Assembly (NCBI RefSeq): GCF_003790525.1 | Contig: NZ_CP033635.1 | From: Escherichia coli | GTDB lineage: Bacteria > Pseudomonadota > Gammaproteobacteria > Enterobacterales > Enterobacteriaceae | Reading direction: 5' to 3' (one strand) | DNA length: 64,000 bases | Shown: piece by piece, positions 56,585 through 64,000 of the stretch | Numbering within the stretch: the stretch's first letter is position 1 | How the letters are laid out: every line of letters starts with the position of its first letter | Notes under the pieces: model-generated | Databases searched by the model: none | What the model was told of the DNA's origin: nothing | What the model saw: only the letters and a program-made list of their open reading frames with translations | Program-made: the position numbers and the translations under genes

Positions 56585-57997
56585 ATGTCACTCAGTCGGC
56601 GTCAGTTCATTCAGGCATCGGGGATTGCACTTTGTGCAGGCGCTGTTCCCCTGAAGGCCAGCGCAGCCGGGCAACAGCAACCGCTACCCGTTCCGCCGCT
56701 GCTTGAATCTCGCCGTGGGCAACCGCTGTTTATGACTGTACAACGTGCGCACTGGTCATTTACGCCAGGGACACGCGCGTCGGTTTGGGGAATCAATGGT
56801 CGTTACCTGGGGCCGACTATCCGCGTCTGGAAGGGCGACGATGTTAAGCTTATTTACAGCAACCGCCTGACAGAAAATGTCTCAATGACGGTGGCCGGGC
56901 TACAGGTACCTGGCCCGCTGATGGGCGGTCCGGCACGGATGATGTCGCCAAACGCTGACTGGGCACCCGTACTGCCTATTCGCCAGAACGCAGCTACTCT
57001 GTGGTATCACGCCAATACTCCCAACCGCACGGCTCAGCAGGTCTATAACGGCCTTGCCGGAATGTGGCTGGTGGAAGATGAAGTCAGCAAGTCGCTGCCT
57101 ATCCCCAACCATTATGGTGTGGATGATTTTCCGGTCATTATTCAGGATAAACGGCTGGATAACTTTGGTACGCCAGAATACAACGAACCGGGAAGCGGCG
57201 GCTTTGTTGGCGATACGCTGCTGGTTAACGGTGTACAAAGCCCGTACGTTGAAGTCTCGCGTGGCTGGGTGCGCTTGCGTCTGTTGAACGCGTCGAACTC
57301 TCGTCGCTATCAACTACAGATGAGCGATGGTCGCCCGTTACATGTGATTTCTGGCGATCAGGGATTCCTGCCCGCTCCTGTATCGGTGAAGCAACTTTCG
57401 CTGGCACCGGGCGAGCGTCGTGAGATTCTGGTGGATATGAGCAACGGTGATGAAGTGTCGATCACCTGTGGTGAAGCGGCGAGCATTGTTGATCGTATTC
57501 GCGGCTTCTTTGAGCCATCCAGTATTCTGGTTTCTACCCTGGTGCTAACGCTGCGCCCAACCGGCCTTCTGCCGCTGGTCACAGACAGTCTTCCGATGCG
57601 CTTGCTGCCAACTGAAATTATGGCCGGTTCGCCGATTCGAAGTCGTGATATCAGTCTGGGTGATGACCCGGGGATTAATGGGCAGTTGTGGGACGTCAAC
57701 CGTATTGATGTTACTGCGCAGCAAGGAACGTGGGAACGCTGGACGGTACGCGCGGACGAGCCGCAAGCGTTCCATATTGAAGGCGTGATGTTCCAGATCC
57801 GTAACGTGAATGGTGCGATGCCGTTCCCGGAAGACAGAGGCTGGAAAGATACCGTTTGGGTTGACGGACAAGTGGAGCTGCTGGTTTATTTCGGTCAGCC
57901 TTCCTGGGCGCACTTCCCGTTCTACTTCAACAGTCAGACGCTGGAAATGGCGGACCGTGGTTCGATTGGGCAACTGTTGGTCAATCCGGTACCGTAA
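56585..57997 (+). CDS. ftsP: Cell division protein FtsP (multicopper-oxidase fold, Tat-exported)
   Basis: 470-aa ORF MSLSRRQFIQASGIALCAGAVPLKASA... (twin-arginine signal). Confidence 0.92.
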   Translation: MSLSRRQFIQASGIALCAGAVPLKASAAGQQQPLPVPPLLESRRGQPLFMTVQRAHWSFTPGTRASVWGINGRYLGPTIRVWKGDDVKLIYSNRLTENVSMTVAGLQVPGPLMGGPARMMSPNADWAPVLPIRQNAATLWYHANTPNRTAQQVYNGLAGMWLVEDEVSKSLPIPNHYGVDDFPVIIQDKRLDNFGTPEYNEPGSGGFVGDTLLVNGVQSPYVEVSRGWVRLRLLNASNSRRYQLQMSDGRPLHVISGDQGFLPAPVSVKQLSLAPGERREILVDMSNGDEVSITCGEAASIVDRIRGFFEPSSILVSTLVLTLRPTGLLPLVTDSLPMRLLPTEIMAGSPIRSRDISLGDDPGINGQLWDVNRIDVTAQQGTWERWTVRADEPQAFHIEGVMFQIRNVNGAMPFPEDRGWKDTVWVDGQVELLVYFGQPSWAHFPFYFNSQTLEMADRGSIGQLLVNPVP

Positions 57998-58005
57998 TGG
58001 ACCAA

Positions 58006-58037
58006 TTCAATGCCCCACAGAGTGGTGGGGCATTGAA
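58006..58037. terminator. Bidirectional hairpin between ftsP and the TRAP operon
   Basis: caatgccccac-(loop)-gtggggcattg, an 11-bp perfect stem. Confidence 0.45.
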
Positions 58038-58067
58038 AATTACTCAGTATGCAGTCTTCATTGTGTA

Positions 58068-59414
58068 TCAGGTCGAAAATAATCCTGGCAGCATCAGACT
58101 AAGCTGCGGGAAATAACAAATAATTGCCATTACTACAAACAATGCCAGAAACATCGGCAGTAATGGTTTTATTGCCCTGTCGATACTGACCTTACCAATG
58201 CTGCAACCAACAAACAGAATGGTGCCAACGGGTGGTGTACAAAGGCCAATGGTCAAGTTGAACACCATAATAATACCGAAGTGGATGGGATCTATTCCCA
58301 GATGCTGAGCGATCGGCAGGAAAATAGGCGTAAATATCAGGATCGCCGGTGTGATATCCATAAAGGTACCGACGATCAACAGAATGATATTGATGATAAA
58401 CAGAATAACCCATTTGTTATCCGAAACACTGGTAATCAGTTCGTTGATCAACTCAGGAACATCAGCATTCGTCATGGCCCATGACATCCCCATCGAGCAG
58501 CCTACCAGTAACAGAACAATTGAACTGGTTACTACCGAATCTAACAGAATATCATTGAGCTTCTTAAAAGTGATTTCCCGGTAAATCATCGCCAGGGCTA
58601 AACTATAAATTACCGCAATTGCCGATGCTTCCGTGGGCGTGAATACCCCTGCGATAATACCGCCAATAATGATAAAAATAAGCATCAGGCTGGGAATTGA
58701 TTCGCGGAATACCTGCAAAAATTGATGAAAATTGATACGTTCGGCCACCGGATAATGGTTACGTCGCGCATAAAGTGCCGCCACAAACATTAAAGCAGCA
58801 GCGGTGAGAATGCCTGGCAAGTATCCGGCTAAGAACAACGCAGCAACAGAAGTCCCGCCACTGGCGAGGGAATAAACAATCAACACATTGCTCGGTGGGA
58901 TCATCAGGCCAATGGGGGCAGAGGCAATATTAACCGCTGCTGAAAACGCCGGATCATAGCCCTCTTTTTCTTGCAGTGGTGACATAATTCCACCTACCGC
59001 GGCGGCTGACGCAACGGCTGAACCTGAAATCGCACCAAACAGCGTATTCGCGAGGATATTACAATGAGCCAGTGAGCCAGGAAGACGCCCAACTAATGCT
59101 TGCGCTAGGTTAACCAGTCGTCTGGCTATACCACCGGTATTCATAATGTTTCCGGCTAACACGAAGAAGGGAATGGCTAATAGCGTAAAGCCATCCAGCC
59201 CCACAGTCATCTTTTGCGAAATCACAGAAATGGCGGCATCGGGTGGTAAGGCAGTAATAATAGATAACAGCGAAGAAAGACCAATCGCAAAAGTAATTGG
59301 CACACCGATTGCCAGCATGACGGCAAAACTGCCAAATAAAATTAAGACGGGGTAGATATATTCAAAGTCCATATTTCCCTCGTTAATGAAAATTCCGTTT
59401 ACGATAGTTGTCAA
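58068..59414 (-). CDS. TRAP transporter large permease (DctM family)
   Basis: 448-aa polytopic ORF; the true start may be the internal MDFEYIYP. Confidence 0.85.
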   Translation of the reverse strand: MTTIVNGIFINEGNMDFEYIYPVLILFGSFAVMLAIGVPITFAIGLSSLLSIITALPPDAAISVISQKMTVGLDGFTLLAIPFFVLAGNIMNTGGIARRLVNLAQALVGRLPGSLAHCNILANTLFGAISGSAVASAAAVGGIMSPLQEKEGYDPAFSAAVNIASAPIGLMIPPSNVLIVYSLASGGTSVAALFLAGYLPGILTAAALMFVAALYARRNHYPVAERINFHQFLQVFRESIPSLMLIFIIIGGIIAGVFTPTEASAIAVIYSLALAMIYREITFKKLNDILLDSVVTSSIVLLLVGCSMGMSWAMTNADVPELINELITSVSDNKWVILFIINIILLIVGTFMDITPAILIFTPIFLPIAQHLGIDPIHFGIIMVFNLTIGLCTPPVGTILFVGCSIGKVSIDRAIKPLLPMFLALFVVMAIICYFPQLSLMLPGLFST

Positions 59415-59865
59415 TAATATTCATTACTGAATACCAGACCAGAATAAGTCCACTGACAGGCATAACCCAATATACTTTATCCATTGGCCATTTTAATACT
59501 GGAGAGATTTGTCCAACATGTTGTGCTTTTTCAACAACAATATTCCCGCCATAGATCATGAAAATAACCGCAAAGACCGTAATAATAATTTGGATAAAAC
59601 TGTCAAGCGTCAGAACAGATGCAGCCGGAAGTTTTTGAGCCAACAAATCAATGGCCAGATGTTTTTTTAACCCCGCAGTATATACACCGCCAAGTAAAAT
59701 CATCCACATAAATAAAATCTGGGTGAACTCATCAAGCACAGTGCTGGGAGCGTTAAAAATAAAACGTGCAATAACTTGCTAGGTTACGCAGAACACCATA
59801 ATGGCGAGAATAATGCAGCAACATCCGGCAAGGATCTTATTAAGAATATGAGTGAGTGTTCGCAT
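59383..59865 (-). pseudogene. TRAP transporter small permease (DctQ family) interrupted by an in-frame TAG at codon 29
   Basis: ATG at 59865 with a GGAAG SD, giving MRTLTHILNKILAGCCCIILAIMVFCVT, then TAG (59781-59779), then the frame continues QVIARFIFNAPSTVLDEFTQILFMWMILLGG... to 59383. Confidence 0.6.
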
Positions 59866-59906
59866 AAGTCTTCCATGAAAAGGCAGGAATTACCTGCCCA
59901 TTAGGG

Positions 59907-60890
59907 TTACATACTTTCTACTAGCTCAAGGTTTTTGGCTGATTGTGCATCTTTCGCCTTGAATTCATCGTATAACGGTTTGACGCGTTCTTTGAAAGCG
60001 GATTTATCAACATCAACAACTGTTGCGTTCATCCCTTTCATTTTGTCGTAGGCTTCTTTTTCAGCCGCAGGCCAGATGACGTCCTTCATCTGCATCATGG
60101 ACTCATCGGCTGCTTTTAATAATGCCGTGCGCTCTTTATCACCAAGTTTATTCAACACGTTGGTGCTGATAATTAACACATCAGGTACCATGGTGTGTTC
60201 ATCACGTGAATAGACTTTTGCGACTTCGGCGTGACGCATATCGGAATAGACAACGGTATTGTTCTCTCCGCCATCAACCACTCCTTGCTGAAGTGCGGTG
60301 TAGAGTTCGCCTTGCGCCATCGGGGTAGCGACACCACCGAGTGCTTTCATCATTGCAATGGCGCTGGGGCTTTGTTGAACCCTGATTTTCATTCCCGCTA
60401 AATCTTCAGGTTTTGTAATCGGTTTATTGGAATAAAAACTTCTCGCACCGCCGTCATAGTACGTAATACCAACAAAACCTTTGCTTTCTGATGAATTAAG
60501 TATTTTTTTACCTAAATCACTTTGCAGAACACGATAATAGTGATCACGGTCGCGGAATAAGAACGGCAGACTGAAAAGGCTGTAATCTGGAGCAAATGAT
60601 TCTAGTGATGCGGCATTAACCTTAACCATCTGTAATGCACCGGAGTTCATTAATTCCAGTGATTCACGCTCATTACCTAATGTTGCATTTGGGTAAATGC
60701 GAATAACTAATTCACCATTAGAATACTCTTTGGTTTTATCCGCTAAATAGCTTAATGCTTTATGGACAGCATGGCTTTTATCCTGATTATGACTCAGTTT
60801 TAATGTTGTTTTTGCCAGTGTGGTATTAGATATTAATAAACAACTGGTTAACAGCATAAGCGATGCCGTCAGAGGACGAAGTGCTTTCAT
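59907..60890 (-). CDS. TRAP transporter periplasmic solute-binding protein (DctP family)
   Basis: 327-aa ORF with a signal peptide and DctP-type fold. Confidence 0.85.
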   Translation of the reverse strand: MKALRPLTASLMLLTSCLLISNTTLAKTTLKLSHNQDKSHAVHKALSYLADKTKEYSNGELVIRIYPNATLGNERESLELMNSGALQMVKVNAASLESFAPDYSLFSLPFLFRDRDHYYRVLQSDLGKKILNSSESKGFVGITYYDGGARSFYSNKPITKPEDLAGMKIRVQQSPSAIAMMKALGGVATPMAQGELYTALQQGVVDGGENNTVVYSDMRHAEVAKVYSRDEHTMVPDVLIISTNVLNKLGDKERTALLKAADESMMQMKDVIWPAAEKEAYDKMKGMNATVVDVDKSAFKERVKPLYDEFKAKDAQSAKNLELVESM

Positions 60891-60962
60891 ATCCTGCTCC
60901 TGGTTAATATAACAGAAACGATAAATACAGCGCTTTTCTATCGTTATAATAAAAAGTAGTGA

Positions 60963-61973
60963 TTAATTCTCTGCCAGATAATGGAATATTCCTGCCGGAA
61001 CCGGAATACCTTCCTGTTGGCATTTTTCTTTGTAGTGTATTTGCGGATCGTTCGGCGCTAACACTTTTTCGACACCGGGAGCCGGTTTAACGGCATGCAG
61101 CTCCGTGACCATTTTCGCCATGGTTTTTGCAAAAACAGGATTGCCGAGCTTTTTCGGATCGATGGCAATAACCAAACTTGCCAGCTTACGCATCTTGTCA
61201 TAATCACCATACATGCGAACAATATGGTTGCCAAAATTCGCATTCATCAGCACGCCAGTCAGTGCATCAATAGCCAGTGCAATGCCTGAACCTTTGTGTT
61301 GGCCGAAAGGTAGCAGGTTTTCAATCTTATACGGATCAGTGGTGCCATAACCGTTTTTATCTATCGCCAGCCCTTCACCAATATGTTTTCCGGTTTCCTT
61401 TGCATGAAGTATTTTGCCGAAAGCCGTGGCACTGGTCGCCATATCAACAATCATCGGATGGCTGTTTTCCACCGGGAAACCAAAGGCGATGGGGTTAGTT
61501 CCCAAAAAGCGCTCGGCGCCGCCATGGGGAGCCACACAGGTATCGGTTTGCGTCATTACGATAGCAACCAACCCTTTGTTGGTGATCATCTCTGCAAAAT
61601 AAGATAACGCACCACAGTGAGACGTGTTTTTAACGCTAACAAAACCGAGGCCCTCTTGCTGGGCCAGTTTAATAGCGTGCTCAGTGGCGCTAATTAATGC
61701 GGAATGCCCCATTCCGTCGTCAGAGTCGAGAATGGCCACTGACGGTGAAATTTGCTCAATGCTAAACTGCGGGGCTTTATTTAACCCTCCGGCAGCAAGG
61801 CGGGTGCAATAATGTTCGACACGCATAACACCATGTGAATGCACACCTGTAATATCGGCATGTACTAAAACATCTGTCACCTGTTGTGTGGTGTCGGTAT
61901 CCAGCCCGGCGGTATGTAATTTGTGGTGCACCAGTGATTTTAAATTTTCTTCACTGACATAAACAGTTGTCAT
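60963..61973 (-). CDS. Ldh_2-family (malate/L-lactate/sulfolactate type) NAD(P)-dependent dehydrogenase, YiaK-like
   Basis: 336-aa ORF ...HGVMRVEHY...GHSA...HKGSGIA... Confidence 0.8.
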   Translation of the reverse strand: MTTVYVSEENLKSLVHHKLHTAGLDTDTTQQVTDVLVHADITGVHSHGVMRVEHYCTRLAAGGLNKAPQFSIEQISPSVAILDSDDGMGHSALISATEHAIKLAQQEGLGFVSVKNTSHCGALSYFAEMITNKGLVAIVMTQTDTCVAPHGGAERFLGTNPIAFGFPVENSHPMIVDMATSATAFGKILHAKETGKHIGEGLAIDKNGYGTTDPYKIENLLPFGQHKGSGIALAIDALTGVLMNANFGNHIVRMYGDYDKMRKLASLVIAIDPKKLGNPVFAKTMAKMVTELHAVKPAPGVEKVLAPNDPQIHYKEKCQQEGIPVPAGIFHYLAEN

Positions 61974-61983
61974 ATTTGTTCCC

Positions 61984-63000
61984 TTAAAAAGTGATCACAC
62001 CCTTGACCATATTTTTATTTTCTACAACGTTACGCTGGTAATCTTCGCCAACACTAAAGAAATTGAACGCCTGGTTTTTCATTAAATTTTCGTGAATTTT
62101 ATTGCTGCGCATCAGTTCAATCACCAACGCAAAATCTTCCCGTGTGGCATTGCGGCTGCTGAGTAACGTTGTCTCTTTTTTATGGAAGGTCGGATCGTCA
62201 ATAACAAGTTCACCAATGTACAAACCGATGAAAACAATTTTGCCGCCATGACGAATAAGATTTACATCATGACTCATTGAAGCTTTATTTCCCGTCGCAT
62301 CCAGTACTACGCAAGCCAGTTCGCCTCCAAATACTTCACTAAGCGCGGCAATAAAACCTTCCTGTGTTGGGTCGAAGACATTAATTGCCAGATGATCCAC
62401 AACGTGCTGGCGACGTTGACAGTCAATATCAGCAACAACAACATGCGCCCCTTTAGCCCTGGCGATGGCTGCGGTAGCCAAACCGATTGGCCCAGCACCA
62501 ATCACCAGTACGTTTTGTTCAGCCTTGATCTCTGCCCGACGAACGGCATGTGCACCAATGGCGAAACATTCAACCAATGCTCCGGCACTGTCGCTGACCT
62601 CGTCAGGGAGAGGCACAAGGTTGTCTTCACGTACCGCAAGGTACTCACTAAAACCCCCATCCTGATGCACGCCATACAGCGAAACACGTTCGCAGCAGTT
62701 CGTTTTCTCTTCCCGACAGGCTGCGCACTCGCCACACGGAATGCATGGGATGACGGAATAGCGCTGGCCTGATTGTGCTGTTTGGCACTGGCTGCCTCGC
62801 GAAACCGCTTCGGCGCATATTTCATGACCTAATACACGTGGGTAGCTAAAAAAAGGCTGTCTGCCGGCAAAAGCGTGAATATCAGTACCACAAATACCCA
62901 CAGCTTTGATTTTTAACAGCACTTCATTATCTGCTGGTGTGGGAATATCCTTTTCCACATATTCCATAACGCCAGGCTGCTGACAAATTAATGTTTTCAT
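61984..63000 (-). CDS. Zinc-dependent medium-chain alcohol/polyol dehydrogenase
   Basis: 338-aa ORF with GHE, CxxC...C zinc sites and a GAGPIG NAD-binding motif. Confidence 0.8.
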   Translation of the reverse strand: MKTLICQQPGVMEYVEKDIPTPADNEVLLKIKAVGICGTDIHAFAGRQPFFSYPRVLGHEICAEAVSRGSQCQTAQSGQRYSVIPCIPCGECAACREEKTNCCERVSLYGVHQDGGFSEYLAVREDNLVPLPDEVSDSAGALVECFAIGAHAVRRAEIKAEQNVLVIGAGPIGLATAAIARAKGAHVVVADIDCQRRQHVVDHLAINVFDPTQEGFIAALSEVFGGELACVVLDATGNKASMSHDVNLIRHGGKIVFIGLYIGELVIDDPTFHKKETTLLSSRNATREDFALVIELMRSNKIHENLMKNQAFNFFSVGEDYQRNVVENKNMVKGVITF

Positions 63001-64000
63001 TTCTGCTCATCCGATAATAATTGGCTGATGGTGGCCTTGATGCCTTTGTTTTTTATATTCGCAAAGGCGATTTTTATTTCATTTATAAATGGCTGATGGT
63101 TGCTTAAATCACCAAATATGGCGCTAAGGTGCAGTAATGCGAGCGCCTGTTGCCATGCGTCTTGTTGTTCCTTTATTAGCGCCTGAAATTGGTCATTCAT
63201 TGGATCAGCGGCAGACTGGCTTTTCTCAACAGCATCAATGACATAATGCAACCAACCAGCAATGAGCAGTGACAGAACAGCATTGTTTTGCTTTTGCTGA
63301 TGCAATTTCAGCCAGGGCGTCAGCGCTCGCTGGGGAAGCTTTTGTGAACCGTCCATGGCTATTTGCCCGGTACGGTGTGCAACGTTACGGTTGCTAAAGC
63401 GTTCAATTAACAGGTCGGCGTATTCCTGGATGTTGATATTTAAGTCTGGATTAAGTGTTCGGGCTTGTTCATTAATCATCAGTTGGTGGGTAATGGAACG
63501 AAAATTAGCGTCTTCCATGCATTGCCAGATAAACTCATAGCCTGCCAGCGAGCCGTTATAAGCCAGAAATGAATGGCTACCATTTAACATGCGTAACTTC
63601 ATCTCTTCATAAGGCTGAACATTGCTGACAAACATCGCGCCGGCTTTATCCCATTGTGGTCGTCCGCGCACAAAATTATCTTCGATCACCCACTGACGAA
63701 ATGATTCGCAGACGATCCCGCAGGGATCGGCATAACCGGTTTTCGTTTCCAGTAAGGCGAATTGCGATTCAGTCATTGCCGGAACAATGCGATCTACCAT
63801 CGTGCCTGGAAATGAGACATTTTCTTCGATCCACTGAGCCAGGGGCTGGTCCAGTTGTCGGGCAAAACCGAGAACGGCATTGCGCGTCAGATGCCCATTG
63901 TCTGGCAAGTTGTCACAGGAGAGCACACTAAAAGCGGCGAGTCCTGTCGCTTTACGTTGTTGCAAAGCACAGACGATCACGCCAATAGCTGACAGAGGCG
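62997..64000 (-). CDS. Mannitol-dehydrogenase-family oxidoreductase (mannonate/fructuronate reductase-like), N-terminus outside the window
   Basis: The frame stays open to the window edge; the C-terminal 330 or so residues are of mannitol-DH type; overlaps the Zn-ADH start by 4 nt. Confidence 0.75.
   Translation of the reverse strand, partial: PLSAIGVIVCALQQRKATGLAAFSVLSCDNLPDNGHLTRNAVLGFARQLDQPLAQWIEENVSFPGTMVDRIVPAMTESQFALLETKTGYADPCGIVCESFRQWVIEDNFVRGRPQWDKAGAMFVSNVQPYEEMKLRMLNGSHSFLAYNGSLAGYEFIWQCMEDANFRSITHQLMINEQARTLNPDLNINIQEYADLLIERFSNRNVAHRTGQIAMDGSQKLPQRALTPWLKLHQQKQNNAVLSLLIAGWLHYVIDAVEKSQSAADPMNDQFQALIKEQQDAWQQALALLHLSAIFGDLSNHQPFINEIKIAFANIKNKGIKATISQLLSDEQK

Overview
This ~64 kb window is conserved Escherichia coli-type chromosomal backbone (reversed relative to K-12 numbering) with several accessory modules set into it. 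All calls come from reading the sequence and the supplied ORF translations; no searches were run. Backbone genes in order: ileX tRNA, mug, rpoD-dnaG-rpsU (both on the minus strand), tsaD, ttdT-ttdB-ttdA and ttdR, plsY, folB, uppP, cca, ygiM, ygiF, glnE, hldE, yqiK-yqiJ, glgS, ubiK, ribB with its FMN riboswitch, zupT, ygiD, ygiC-ygiB-tolC, nudF-yqiB-cpdA-yqiA-parE, ygiN-mdaB, qseC-qseB, ygiW, ygiV, ygiS, parC, plsC, ftsP. Accessory or unusual content, from memory of K-12 gene order: (1) a NADAR/YbiA-like gene between the rpoD terminator and mug; (2) two tandem ~376 bp Sib/Ibs type I toxin-antitoxin repeats between hldE and yqiK, where the real ORFs are 19 codons and the long ORFs in the six-frame track are artefacts; (3) an assT-dsbL-dsbI operon with a ~480 bp AT-rich upstream region between ygiD and ygiC; (4) a ~7.2 kb iron/siderophore-type uptake island between parE and ygiN (TonB-dependent receptor, FecCD-type ABC importer, RpiR/SIS regulator), which is the best candidate for a poorly characterised system; (5) a TRAP transporter plus three dehydrogenases after ftsP, whose dctQ gene carries an in-frame TAG. 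ParC carries the quinolone-resistance substitutions S80I and E84G, while the ParE QRDR looks wild type. The K-12 loci mqsRA, ygiZ and ygiL-yqiGHI appear to be absent. No CRISPR array, integrase, transposase or IS element was seen.
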